From Methanocaldococcus sp. 16A (GTDB lineage Archaea; AGJL01; Methanococci; Methanococcales; Methanocaldococcaceae), in the NCBI GenBank assembly GCA_049860595.1, contig CP187551.1: a stretch of DNA of 64,000 nucleotides, one strand, 5' to 3'. Under the pieces are notes generated by a model that saw only the letters and a program-made list of their open reading frames with translations, ran no database searches and had not been told where the DNA came from. Below, one piece after another: positions 21,491 to 31,910 of the stretch; the first letter of the stretch is position 1, and each line of letters opens with the position of its first letter. The translations under genes were made by a program, and so were the position numbers.

Positions 21491-22106
21491 AATGGCTAAA
21501 GAAGATTTTAAGTATTTGATAAATAGAGGATATAAAAAAGATGTTGCATTAAATTTTGTTGCTAATCATTATAAGTTGAGTAGAGAAGATAGATTAAAAA
21601 TTGTTAGAACAACACACACAGATGAGGAGATAAAATTAACTAAGAGTAAATTAAAAAAGTTAAAAGATATTGAAAGAGAGACATTGTATATAGATGGTTT
21701 TAATGTTCTTATTGGTTTAGAAGCTTTGATTAAAGGACATGAAGTTGTCTTATGTGATGACAATATTTATAGAGATTTTGAAAATGTTTATGGTAAATAC
21801 AAGATAAATGAATACACTGACAAAGTAATTGAGATTTTATTAAAAATCCTTAAGCGTTATAATATAAAAGTTGTTATTTATTTAGATGCACAGGTATCTA
21901 AAAGTGGGATATTAGCTAAAAGGATTAGAGAGAAAATGAAAGCTTTTGATATTGAAGGAGAGGTTTTTTGTGTTAAAAATTGTGATTATGAGTTAAAGCA
22001 TAAGGAGGTTGTTGCAACATCAGACAGTGTAATAATTAAAAGTGAAAATGTAAAGTATGTTGTTGACTTAATAGCTGAAGCAATAGAATATTTAAAGAAA
22101 AAATAA
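21480..22106 (+). CDS. DUF434 family protein (PIN/NYN-like)
   Basis: YLINRGY..FVANHY, IDGFNVLI, VATSDS. Confidence 0.75.
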   Translation: MSIKMAKEDFKYLINRGYKKDVALNFVANHYKLSREDRLKIVRTTHTDEEIKLTKSKLKKLKDIERETLYIDGFNVLIGLEALIKGHEVVLCDDNIYRDFENVYGKYKINEYTDKVIEILLKILKRYNIKVVIYLDAQVSKSGILAKRIREKMKAFDIEGEVFCVKNCDYELKHKEVVATSDSVIIKSENVKYVVDLIAEAIEYLKKK

Positions 22107-22174
22107 TTTTTCTTTCATCAAAAAATTATTATAGAAGGATTTAATAAAAAGTATTATAAATCCATAAATCTCTT

Positions 22175-22687
22175 TTGGGGGAGATTATGAAGATTGGAAT
22201 AATGAGCGATACTCACGACCATTTACCAAATATTAGAAAAGCTATAGAAATTTTTAATGAAGAAGACGTTGAGACAGTTATACACTGTGGAGATTTTGTT
22301 AGTTTATTTGTTATAAAGGAATTTGAAAACTTAAACGCAAATATCATAGCCACCTATGGAAATAACGATGGAGAGAGATGCAAATTAAAAGAATGGTTAA
22401 AAAATATAAATGAAGAGAATATAATCGATGACTTCATATCAATTGAAATTGATGGACTAAGATTTTTTATAACCCATGGTCATCATCAATCTGTTTTAGA
22501 AATGGCTATTAAATCTGGTTTGTATGATGTTGTTGTTTATGGTCATACTCATGAGAGAGTTTTTGAAGAGGTTGATGATGTTTTAGTTATAAACCCAGGA
22601 GAATGTTGTGGTTATCTCACAAATATGCCAACAATAGGTATCTTAGATACTGAAAAGAAAGAGTATAGAGAAATTGTATTAGAATAG
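22175..22687 (+). CDS. Metallophosphoesterase (YfcE/MJ0936 family)
   Basis: SDTHD, HCGD, GNND, THG, GHTH, NPG. Confidence 0.92.
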   Translation: MGEIMKIGIMSDTHDHLPNIRKAIEIFNEEDVETVIHCGDFVSLFVIKEFENLNANIIATYGNNDGERCKLKEWLKNINEENIIDDFISIEIDGLRFFITHGHHQSVLEMAIKSGLYDVVVYGHTHERVFEEVDDVLVINPGECCGYLTNMPTIGILDTEKKEYREIVLE

Positions 22688-22776
22688 GACTTTCGCAGTT
22701 TATATATTAATTAAGGAATTTATGATGATAAAAGCATCATTGTTCTTTAAAAATTTATTCTTGCGAAAGTCCCATT
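22683..22776. repeat. Family A element overlapping the upstream TAG stop
   Basis: AATAGGACTTTCGCAG...TTGCGAAAGTCCCATT. Confidence 0.85.
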
Positions 22777-22847
22777 AGTAAAAGATTTAAATCACTTTTT
22801 ATTTTTTATTATTTACCTTAATCTTTAAAAAATAAAAAGGTGAGGTT

Positions 22848-24185
22848 ATGAAAATCTTATTGATTGGAGGAGGAGCAAGAGAAAGTGCAATAGCTCATGC
22901 TTTAAAAAAGAATGAAGATGTAAAGTTATACACATTGATGAAAAACAGAAACCCAGGAATTGCAAGATTATCAGAAGAGATAAAGTTAGCAAAAGAAACC
23001 GACTTAGAAAAAGTTAAAGAATTTGCTGAAAAAGTTAAACCAGATTTAGCTGTTATAGGCCCAGAAGCTCCTTTAGATGTTGGAGTTGTTGATTTATTAG
23101 AAGATATGGGCATCCCAGCTGTTGGCCCAAAAAAAGCAGCTGCTCAAATAGAAACAAACAAAGAATTCATGAGGAATTTATTCAAAAAATATAATATAAA
23201 AGGTTCTTTAATGTATAAAGCATTTGAAGAGTATGGAGAAGAGTTGGAAAGCTTTATTGATGAATTAACAGAGAAAGGTATAAAAGCAGTTGTTAAACCA
23301 GTTGGATTAACTGGAGGTAAAGGAGTTAAAGTAGTTGGAGAGCAGTTAAAAGATAATGAAGAGGCTAAGAAATATGCTAAAGAGATTTTTGAAACTGGAT
23401 TAGGTGGAGGAAAGGTTTTAATTGAAGAAAAATTGGAGGGAGTTGAATTCACATTACATGGATTTGTTGATATTGACAGCATAAAATTCACCCCGTTTGT
23501 TCAAGACCACCCACATGCATTAGAGGGAGATGAAGGAAGCATAACAGGAGGAATGGGCTCATATTCATGTCCTAATCACAAATTACCTTTTATGACTGAA
23601 GAGGATGTAAAATTAGCAAAAGAAATTATGGAAGAGACTGTTAAAGCATTAAAAAAAGAAGTTGGTGGCTATAAAGGAATCTTATATGGGCAGTTCATGC
23701 TAACAAAAGAAGGGCCTAAAATTATTGAATACAATGCAAGATTTGGAGACCCTGAGGCTATGAACTTATTGGCTATATTAAAAAATGACTTTGTTGATGT
23801 TTGTGAAGCTATAATTAACAAAAAACTTAACAATATAGATGTTGAATTTGAAAACAAAGCTACTGTTTGTAAGTATGTTGTTCCAAAAGGATATCCTGAC
23901 AATCCTGTTAAGGGAGAACCAATAACCGTTGATGAAGAAGCCATTAAAAAAACTGGAGCTATATTGCATTATGCATCAGTTAATGAAGAAGATGGATATT
24001 TATACATGACTGGTTCAAGGGCTGTTGCTGTAGTTGGAGTTGCTGATACAATAGAAGAAGCTGAAAAGATTGCTGAAGAGGCTACCAAGTATATTAAGGG
24101 AGAGGTCTATCATAGAAGTGATATTGGTAAGAAGGAGTTAATTAAGAAGAGAATAGATAAGATGAAACAATTAAGAGGATTTTAA
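22848..24185 (+). CDS. purD: Phosphoribosylamine-glycine ligase
   Basis: [33 protein letters not shown]. Confidence 0.97.
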   Translation: MKILLIGGGARESAIAHALKKNEDVKLYTLMKNRNPGIARLSEEIKLAKETDLEKVKEFAEKVKPDLAVIGPEAPLDVGVVDLLEDMGIPAVGPKKAAAQIETNKEFMRNLFKKYNIKGSLMYKAFEEYGEELESFIDELTEKGIKAVVKPVGLTGGKGVKVVGEQLKDNEEAKKYAKEIFETGLGGGKVLIEEKLEGVEFTLHGFVDIDSIKFTPFVQDHPHALEGDEGSITGGMGSYSCPNHKLPFMTEEDVKLAKEIMEETVKALKKEVGGYKGILYGQFMLTKEGPKIIEYNARFGDPEAMNLLAILKNDFVDVCEAIINKKLNNIDVEFENKATVCKYVVPKGYPDNPVKGEPITVDEEAIKKTGAILHYASVNEEDGYLYMTGSRAVAVVGVADTIEEAEKIAEEATKYIKGEVYHRSDIGKKELIKKRIDKMKQLRGF

Positions 24186-24290
24186 ATAGGACTTTTGCAG
24201 GGGTAAATATTTAAAAGGTATTTTTGATGCCTTTGGCATCAATGTTTTCTTTATTGAATGAATTATATAATGTGCAAAAGTCCTATTTAA
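24182..24290. repeat. Family A element between convergent purD and hsdR
   Basis: Perfect 18-bp arms TTAAATAGGACTTTTGCA/TGCAAAAGTCCTATTTAA; inner TTGATGCC-TTT-GGCATCAA. Confidence 0.9.
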
Positions 24291-24291
24291 T

Positions 24292-26775
24292 TTAATTTTC
24301 TAATTTAATTATTTTTGAATAGATTCTGTTATCATATATCCAATCCTTAATTTTATCCATAAAGTTTGGGATATTCTTTGTTCCTATTTTTTCTTTTAAT
24401 TTATTTAAGGCACCTTTTTTCTTCATATCTTCTGTTAATAATACCTTTGGAGATATGTTCTCTATACCTCCTCTTTTATACTTTTCAAGCATTGAAAGAA
24501 CTATATCTCTAATGTCTTCCCCATATTTACTTATTTTATAAAGATGCTTATTTATGAAGTAATTTACCCTATCATTTCTTGTCAATAATGGGGCATCGAA
24601 TACGAGATGAGCAATAATATCGAAACTATCCGCATCATCCATGTTTTCAAGTTCTTTTATAAACTCTATATCAATATTTTTCTTTTTGAGTTTGTTTAAA
24701 AACTCCTTTCTTTTTTTATCATTTACCCAAACATTTTTTAAGTCTTCTAATGTGTGAATCTCTTTTATAATATTATCTCTTGCATATTTTTTATATTCTG
24801 CAAATGATATATTATTTCCATCAAGTTCAATCTCTATCTCTTCTGCAATTTCAACAGGAATTCCCTTTACTGTTATTTTTCTTGGTTTTCTCTTTACAGG
24901 TTTTATTTCAAATATATAATATTCATCATCATTTTTATTGTTTGGATTTACTTTTCTTTTTAGTGGAGTGTAGTTATCTTTTGAAATAATTAAATTTAAT
25001 AATGGATTTGATGGCAATTCTTTTAATTCAAAGTATCCATATTTATCTGTATATGTTTCTTTTTCAAATCTTCCAATTCTTATTTTTACTCTTGCATCAA
25101 ATACTGGTTCTTTTGTTTCCTTGTCAATTACATAACCCTTTATCACTTTATCATAAGGTTCTTTTGGAATCTCTTCAACCTTCAATTTAGGTGGTTTTGG
25201 AATGTCCCATTCGTCTATTAACCTTGTGGCATTTGTAAAATCAATTATCCTAAAGAATCCTTTATTATTTGATAATCTTGAACCTCTTCCAATAATTTGT
25301 TTAAAAAGAACTCTTGAACTTATATACCTCATAAAAACAATGTTTTTAACATGTGGAATGTCTATTCCAGTTGATAATAAATCTACTGTTGTTGCCACTA
25401 ATGGATACTTCCTTTCACTGTCTCTAAATTTTTCTAAGTCATCTTTATCCTCATAAACTATTTTTGTTGCAAATTCTTCATTGTTCGTGAGTTCATTTAA
25501 AATATCTTTTACCATCTCTGCATGCTCAGTATCTACGCAAAATATTATTGTTTTTGATTCATCTCCAGTTTTTTTAAGAATATCTAATAGTTTTTCACAC
25601 ATCCTTTTTGTCCTATCAGGTAGGCAAATTTTTCTTTCAAATTCAGAAGGTAGGTAAATATCCTTTAAATCTTCTGGTTGTATTTCATCATCATAAATTA
25701 TCTCTTCTGCCTGGGAAATATTTACTCCTTCAATATCCACATTTGTTAAGATTTTGTATATTTTATAGGGAACGAGATAACCGTCTTCTATCGCCTGTGC
25801 CATTGAGTATTCAAATACTGGCTCTCCAAAGTATTCATAAACATCAATATTATCTTCCCTTCTTGGTGTAGCAGTCATTCCCAAATGGTATGCATCTTTA
25901 AAATGCTCTACTATCTCCCCCCATCTTCCATATCTTGACCTGTGGCACTCGTCTATAATGATTAAATCAAAAAAATCATTAGGTATTTGTTTATAAAAAT
26001 CATCGGTGTAGAGGGTTTGATATGTAGCAAAGTAAATTTGTCTATTCTTATTAAAATTTTTGGAAATTATTTTAAATCTTGCACCTTTAAATGGCTCATA
26101 GGCATCATACGCTTGGTCCCTCAAAAATACCCTATCTGTTAAAAATAAAACCCTTGAAATAAATCCGCTTTTTATTAACTTCCAAACAATTTGAAAGGAT
26201 GTGAAGGTTTTTCCAGTTCCTGTTGCCATTGTTAATAAGATTCTTTTTTGTCCTTTTAGCATTGCCTCTATAACTCTTCTTATTGCAGTTTCTTGATAAC
26301 TTCTTAATTTTTTATTTGGGTCTAAATAGTAGGGATATTCTAATGGAGATAAGTTTTTGTTTTCTAAACCTTTCCACTCTTTGTATATTTGGTAGAGTTC
26401 TTCTGGAGATAGAAAGTTATCAACCCTTTCAGTTTTTGGGATTCTTCTATCGTAAATTATTATTTCCCTTCCATTTGTTGCATAGGCAATTGGGACATCT
26501 AATCTTTTTGCATAGTCTATTGCTTGGGAAAGCCCCTTCTCTGCAGGAAGGTCTTCCTTTTTTACTTCTATAACTCCAACTATAACATTATTAACTTTTA
26601 AAACAATGTCTGCAAATTTATTTGGTGATTCTATTATTTCGTATCCCTCCCCCTTTACATAAAATCTGTCGTTTTTTATTTTGTATTCTCTAATTATATT
26701 CTCTTCTTTCCATCCCACCTGTTCTAATTTTGGAACGACTAATTTTTCTCTTGTGTCTGCCTCACTTAATGACAT
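24292..26775 (-). CDS. hsdR: Type I restriction subunit R (EcoEI/EcoAI-like) with an extra beta-sandwich domain
   Basis: SEADTR, ADIVL..IEVKK, MATGTGKT, DECHR, QIIGRGSR; start after GGGGGA. Confidence 0.93.
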   Translation of the reverse strand: MSLSEADTREKLVVPKLEQVGWKEENIIREYKIKNDRFYVKGEGYEIIESPNKFADIVLKVNNVIVGVIEVKKEDLPAEKGLSQAIDYAKRLDVPIAYATNGREIIIYDRRIPKTERVDNFLSPEELYQIYKEWKGLENKNLSPLEYPYYLDPNKKLRSYQETAIRRVIEAMLKGQKRILLTMATGTGKTFTSFQIVWKLIKSGFISRVLFLTDRVFLRDQAYDAYEPFKGARFKIISKNFNKNRQIYFATYQTLYTDDFYKQIPNDFFDLIIIDECHRSRYGRWGEIVEHFKDAYHLGMTATPRREDNIDVYEYFGEPVFEYSMAQAIEDGYLVPYKIYKILTNVDIEGVNISQAEEIIYDDEIQPEDLKDIYLPSEFERKICLPDRTKRMCEKLLDILKKTGDESKTIIFCVDTEHAEMVKDILNELTNNEEFATKIVYEDKDDLEKFRDSERKYPLVATTVDLLSTGIDIPHVKNIVFMRYISSRVLFKQIIGRGSRLSNNKGFFRIIDFTNATRLIDEWDIPKPPKLKVEEIPKEPYDKVIKGYVIDKETKEPVFDARVKIRIGRFEKETYTDKYGYFELKELPSNPLLNLIISKDNYTPLKRKVNPNNKNDDEYYIFEIKPVKRKPRKITVKGIPVEIAEEIEIELDGNNISFAEYKKYARDNIIKEIHTLEDLKNVWVNDKKRKEFLNKLKKKNIDIEFIKELENMDDADSFDIIAHLVFDAPLLTRNDRVNYFINKHLYKISKYGEDIRDIVLSMLEKYKRGGIENISPKVLLTEDMKKKGALNKLKEKIGTKNIPNFMDKIKDWIYDNRIYSKIIKLEN

Positions 26776-26968
26776 ATTATCCCCCATATTTAAGATAAAA
26801 TCCTTTTTATAGCGTTCCAAACTAAATAGCTTTGTGGTTTTAAAGTACCTTCAATTAGATTTAGGAATAAAATATTCTTTTTAACTAAATACATATAAAC
26901 AGGCGTAGGAATTTCTTTTTTTGGGATTTCATATTTATTTTTAAATAACTTTAAAGTATCAATTTTTT

Positions 26969-27316
26969 CTATTCTTCGAGTTCTTTTAAAATTTTCTCGA
27001 ATTCTTTTTTTAAAATAGGTATTTCATATTTTGCAGTTTCCCAAACAATAGCATAATCTACACCAAAGTATTGGTGAATTAATTTATCTCTCATTCCTGC
27101 CAGCTCTTTAAATGGAATATGGGGATATTTCTCCCTTAATTCAAAAGGAAGATTTTTAACAGATTCGCCTATAACCTCTAAACATCTAACTACGGCATAT
27201 TTTATTGCTTTATTATTTAAAAAGTCTTCATAATCCATATCTTTGGTAAAATTTATTATATCGTCCATGTGTTCTAAAATGTCATACAAAAATGCTTTAG
27301 AATCTCTTTTAGACAT
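26969..27316 (-). CDS. HEPN (DUF86/HepT) toxin
   Basis: LEVIGE; Rx4H motif RDKLIH; YFGVD. Confidence 0.92.
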   Translation of the reverse strand: MSKRDSKAFLYDILEHMDDIINFTKDMDYEDFLNNKAIKYAVVRCLEVIGESVKNLPFELREKYPHIPFKELAGMRDKLIHQYFGVDYAIVWETAKYEIPILKKEFEKILKELEE

Positions 27317-27329
27317 TTTAATCCCTAAT

Positions 27330-27626
27330 TTAAATATATATTAAATCTTTCTCAATAGATTTTTTTAAATATGGATTATGTATTGAATTTTTAGTTATTA
27401 CATCAACTTTAATTCCAAATAACTCTGACAAATAATTTTCCAACTCAATTAATTTCAATAAACTTATAGGCTCGTAGTAATCAATTAATATATCAATATC
27501 TGATGTTTCTTTCTGCTCCCCTCTTGCATAACTTCCAAATATGGCAATAGATTTAATTTTATATTTTTCCTTTAGTTCTTTTTTATGTTCTAATAAGATT
27601 TTTTTTATTTCATTTAAAGTTTTCAT
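27330..27626 (-). CDS. Minimal nucleotidyltransferase (MNT) antitoxin
   Basis: FGSYARG..SDIDI..VDV. Confidence 0.92.
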   Translation of the reverse strand: MKTLNEIKKILLEHKKELKEKYKIKSIAIFGSYARGEQKETSDIDILIDYYEPISLLKLIELENYLSELFGIKVDVITKNSIHNPYLKKSIEKDLIYI

Positions 27627-27699
27627 ACTATCCCCTTAGATTTCTCACTATACAATATTATATGTTGCTAAGCATATAAAATTTTAGTTAATATAATTT

Positions 27700-29004
27700 T
27701 TAAACTAATTCTCCCCTAAATACTTTATTTAGAATACTCTCTTTTAATTCTTTGAATAAATTTAATTGTTTTTCTTGTAGTTGTTCTAATTGTTTAATTT
27801 TCTCACTTAAATTGTCTAAATAGTTTGCTATCTGTTTTTGTTTCTCTAAATCTGGTTTATTATCTTTGTATGGGATTGGGATTTTTTCATTACTCAAAAA
27901 CATTTTGTATTTAAAATTTCTTATATTTGTCGATGCTTTTTCATATTTCGAAGTAATTCCGCTTAAATATAAAAATTGCCATTGGTAGTATAGATACTTA
28001 GGATAATAAAGATTTTTATTAAATACTAATTTTCTTACAAAATTACTAAAACCAATCTTTTGATTTTTTGGAACGTTAGGAATTAAACAAATTCTTCCTG
28101 TAGGTTGATTTTTACTACCTCCTGATATTTCAATAATTAAATCATCTTTTTCTAATAATATTTTCTTTGCTTTACTTGATTTTATGTATCTAATTGGTAA
28201 ATCGTCTATTTTATTTTCTTCTATTTTTTTAAAATCCGTTCCTCGAATAATATACATCTTTTCATTAAATTTTTCATCATTTAAATCTTTTCCCCAATCT
28301 CCGCCTATAGTATCTGTAAAAACATCACCCAATATAACCCATTTCCACCCTTCCCCTTCCTCCGCCTCTTTAAAAATCTTATTTAAAACTGAATTAAATA
28401 ACTCTTTTGTTTCATTTATTGCTTTTTGTCTTAATTCTATTGCTTTATCTATTTCATTGAAGATTTTTTCAATCTTTTCAACGATTTGTTTTTGTTTCTC
28501 TAAATCTGGTTTTCCGTCTTTAAATGGAATTGGGATTAAAAGGTTTTTTAGAATTTTGACAGAAACAAGATTTTTTATTGTGCATCCTTTGGAATACTTA
28601 TTTTTTACCCTATCAATAATATGCCCAAATGCAAACATAAAATACCTCTTATTTATTTTGTTCTCATCTATCCTAATTCTTATTAATGCTTGATTTATAA
28701 TTCCAATTGGGGCATACTCTGGAACTTCTTTTATAACCCCCATTGTTCCAGCAGAAGTTAATAAAAAATCTCCTGGTTTTACAACATATTTACTAAACTC
28801 TTTAAATTTCTTCTCTGTTAAGAAATACCTAAAATTTTTAAATTCCCCATTTATAACATTTCCTTGTTCATAAACGGGATACCCTCTATTTACAAAAATT
28901 TCCTTTTTTATTTGACTTCCCCAAGGTCCTCTTTGGATACCTTCGGATTTTAATAACAGGTCTTCCAATCTAACCCATTTCCAGCCCTCTGGCAACTCAT
29001 ACAT
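27700..29004 (-). CDS. hsdS: Type I R-M specificity subunit
   Basis: LPEGWKW; two TRDs, each followed by IPIPxKDxKPDLEKQKQI; terminal FRGEL. Confidence 0.93.
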   Translation of the reverse strand: MYELPEGWKWVRLEDLLLKSEGIQRGPWGSQIKKEIFVNRGYPVYEQGNVINGEFKNFRYFLTEKKFKEFSKYVVKPGDFLLTSAGTMGVIKEVPEYAPIGIINQALIRIRIDENKINKRYFMFAFGHIIDRVKNKYSKGCTIKNLVSVKILKNLLIPIPFKDGKPDLEKQKQIVEKIEKIFNEIDKAIELRQKAINETKELFNSVLNKIFKEAEEGEGWKWVILGDVFTDTIGGDWGKDLNDEKFNEKMYIIRGTDFKKIEENKIDDLPIRYIKSSKAKKILLEKDDLIIEISGGSKNQPTGRICLIPNVPKNQKIGFSNFVRKLVFNKNLYYPKYLYYQWQFLYLSGITSKYEKASTNIRNFKYKMFLSNEKIPIPYKDNKPDLEKQKQIANYLDNLSEKIKQLEQLQEKQLNLFKELKESILNKVFRGELV

Positions 29005-29014
29005 AATAACCCCC

Positions 29015-30521
29015 CTACAACATACTTTTAATTTCCTTTATAATTTCCCCAATCTTTAAATCAACCTCTTCAATTTCCTTTAAAATCTCTTCTGGTTCTC
29101 TATACTCAATCTCTTCTTTTTTATTTGGATTTTTTGGAGTTAAGTCATAATCCCTCTTTTTAATTTCTTCAATGGAGACAATCCAACTATTTTCTGAAAT
29201 TTCTCTATTTTTAAACTTCTTTAAAGCGTCTTCAAAGTGCTTATCTTTAATTCTATTTTTCTTAGTAAATTTACCTTCTAATTCATAATACCAAATCTCT
29301 TTTGTTGGCTGTCCTGTTTTTTCAAAAAACACAATATTAGTTTTAACCCCTGCACCCATTGAACTAAAAACACCCTGCGGTAAAGAAATAATAGCATAAA
29401 CATTAAATTTCTCTAACAACTCCTTTCTAATTTCCTTAAACTTCCCTCCACCAAACATTATTTGCCCTTCTGGTAAAATAACAGCCGCTCTTCCCCCATC
29501 CTTTAATTTTCTCATTATATATTGCAAAGCCAATGCTTCTGTTGCTTGAACTGGATATGGAAAGTTATTTTGAACAATTTTATTTTCCTTTCCTCCAAAT
29601 GGTGGATTTGTCATAATTATATCATATTTTTCATGTTCAGGGACGTTATGAACATCTTCCATTAATGAATTTCTTCTATAGTAGTTTGGTGTTAAAATGC
29701 CGTGCAGTATCATGTTCATAGTTCCCAATAAATAAGGCAGTGGCTTTTTCTCATGCCCATAAAATGTTTCCCTCTGTAAAATCTCTTCCTCTTGAACAGT
29801 AATCTTATCCCCCAACTCATTTTTAATATACTTATATGCCTCAACTAAGAATCCTGCAGAGCCACCAAACGGGTCGAAAATCTTCTCTCCAATTTTTGGC
29901 TTTATAATCTTAACTATGAATCTTATAACAGGTCTTGGTGTATAAAACTCCCCACTCCATCCTGCCTCACTACCCATATTAAAAAGCAACTCTTCATATA
30001 GTTGAGATAAAACTTGAGTATCCTCAAAATTTCTTGGGTCAATCTTATCTATCTTTTCAATAACATCCAGCAAATTATATGGTGATTTCATTTTATTCCC
30101 TGAAATCTCCATAAATATTTGAGCAACCTTCTCCCTCTCTGGTGTTCCACTCAAATTCCTCAAATATGGAAAGAGAATGTTATTTATAATAATGTATTAT
30201 AGCATTTTCTGGTTTATCTATCTTCTTAAATTCTTCATCAACATCATCAACAAACTCCTTTAAACATTCTTTCGGCTTTCCTATCCAATCCTTTCTTGCC
30301 CAATTACTCCACCTGTATTTTTTGTCTATCACTGGGATATACTCCTCCCCGTTCAAAATTGCAATCTCTTCCAACTCCTCCTCAACTCCTTCAAATACCT
30401 TTAAAAATAGAAGCCATGACAACTGCTCTATATAATCAACAGCACCAGAAGTTCCATCATCTCTCCTTAAAATATCACATGCTGATTTTATTTCACTCTT
30501 TATTAAAGATTCTCTCTTCAT
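29015..30521 (-). pseudogene. hsdM: Type I R-M methyltransferase split by a +1 frameshift near 30190
   Basis: ORF 30180-30521 has the HsdM N-terminus (CDILRRDDG, YIEQLSWLLFLK); ORF 29015-30163 has GEFYTPR, DPFGGSAGF, NPPF; removing one base joins them as H[Y/F]INNILFPYLRNLSG. Confidence 0.88.
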
Positions 30522-30574
30522 TTTATCCCCCTAAGAAACTCTGCTTTATGGTGAAGAGCAATATACATCTATAA

Positions 30575-31036
30575 CTACTCATAAAAAAATTTTCTTAGGC
30601 ATATTAAGTTTGTAAATTTCCAACCTCTGGATTTGTAAAATTCAAGTGCTTTTTTGTTATCTTTATCTGCAAGTAAAGACAATCTTAACAAACCATTTTC
30701 TTTACAATATCTTTCTGCCTCAGATAAAAGTTTGCTTCCAATGCCTTTTCCTCTAAACTTCTCATCAACCACCAAATCTTCCAAAATACCCACTTTTCCC
30801 CCTTCAGCTGTAGAAATTAAAGTTTGGATAGAACACATTCCAACTACTTTACCATTATATCTTGCAACAAAAATTACAGAATTTTTGCTGTTTAATAATA
30901 ATTCTAAGCCTTTTCTTTGTTTATCATAATTTGAGATGAAGTCCTTTTCTATTTCAAAAAGTTGCTTTAATAAATTAATCATATCATCAATGTCTTCTTT
31001 TTTTGCAGTGTCTATTGTTATCATTATTTTCACCAA
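30575..31036 (-). CDS. GNAT family N-acetyltransferase
   Basis: LVVDEKFRGKGIGSKL, NKKALEFY..GW. Confidence 0.9.
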   Translation of the reverse strand: MVKIMITIDTAKKEDIDDMINLLKQLFEIEKDFISNYDKQRKGLELLLNSKNSVIFVARYNGKVVGMCSIQTLISTAEGGKVGILEDLVVDEKFRGKGIGSKLLSEAERYCKENGLLRLSLLADKDNKKALEFYKSRGWKFTNLICLRKFFYE

Positions 31037-31120
31037 AAAATTAAATTTATAAAATTTATTATTTAAATTAAAAAAACATCAACTATGAGTATTTATTCTC
31101 AATCTATTTTATTCACTAAA

Positions 31121-31855
31121 TTATGCCATAATAATTTCTTTATACATTAAATAACAAATCAAAACCCCAGAAATCACTGAAGAGCTTAAAATCATCCACA
31201 TAATGATGATTTGTATTTCTGCAGCATATAACGGATTTGCTCCACTCAATAACATCCCTACCATCGCTCCTGGGATAAAGATAACTCCAACAGATTTTGT
31301 TCTATTCATTTGGGGAATTATTGCTGATTTTACTGCATTTTTTATAAATGGTTTTAAAGCTTCTATTTCAGAAGCCCCTAAAGCTAAATATCCCCACAAA
31401 ACATCCCTCTCAGATTTGACTAAATCTATTATTTTATCCAGTGCTAAATGGATAGTGTTCATTGTATTTCCAATAACCATCCCCATTAATGGAATTACAT
31501 AAATTGGTTCAAATTTTATAACCTTTGGAATTATTAATATTGCTAATGAAACTATGGTAGTAGTTAAAAATGTAATAAATAAGCAAATAAAGAGTTTTGT
31601 TTTATTTTCTAAGTTAATTTCTCTCATAATTAAATATGATGCTAAAATAATCATTACAGAAATCATTAAAAATGCTCCAATCATTCCATATGAAAAAATA
31701 TATAGTAGAACAAATCCCAAAATTAAGAGCTGGATTAAAGCTAAAATTGACACATAGAGTATTTTTTTCTCAATGCCCAACCTCTCCTTGTAAGCAATAA
31801 GAACTGCAACAATAACAAATATAAAAGCATAAGTAAGTTCTATCAATAACATCAC
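31121..31855 (-). CDS. UPF0014 (YbbM/FetB-like) ABC permease
   Basis: [35 protein letters not shown]. Confidence 0.85.
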   Translation of the reverse strand: MMLLIELTYAFIFVIVAVLIAYKERLGIEKKILYVSILALIQLLILGFVLLYIFSYGMIGAFLMISVMIILASYLIMREINLENKTKLFICLFITFLTTTIVSLAILIIPKVIKFEPIYVIPLMGMVIGNTMNTIHLALDKIIDLVKSERDVLWGYLALGASEIEALKPFIKNAVKSAIIPQMNRTKSVGVIFIPGAMVGMLLSGANPLYAAEIQIIIMWMILSSSVISGVLICYLMYKEIIMA

Positions 31856-31910
31856 CTCATTTTTATAATCAAATTTTATTAAATTTCGTATAATATATAA
31901 AATTATTTAT

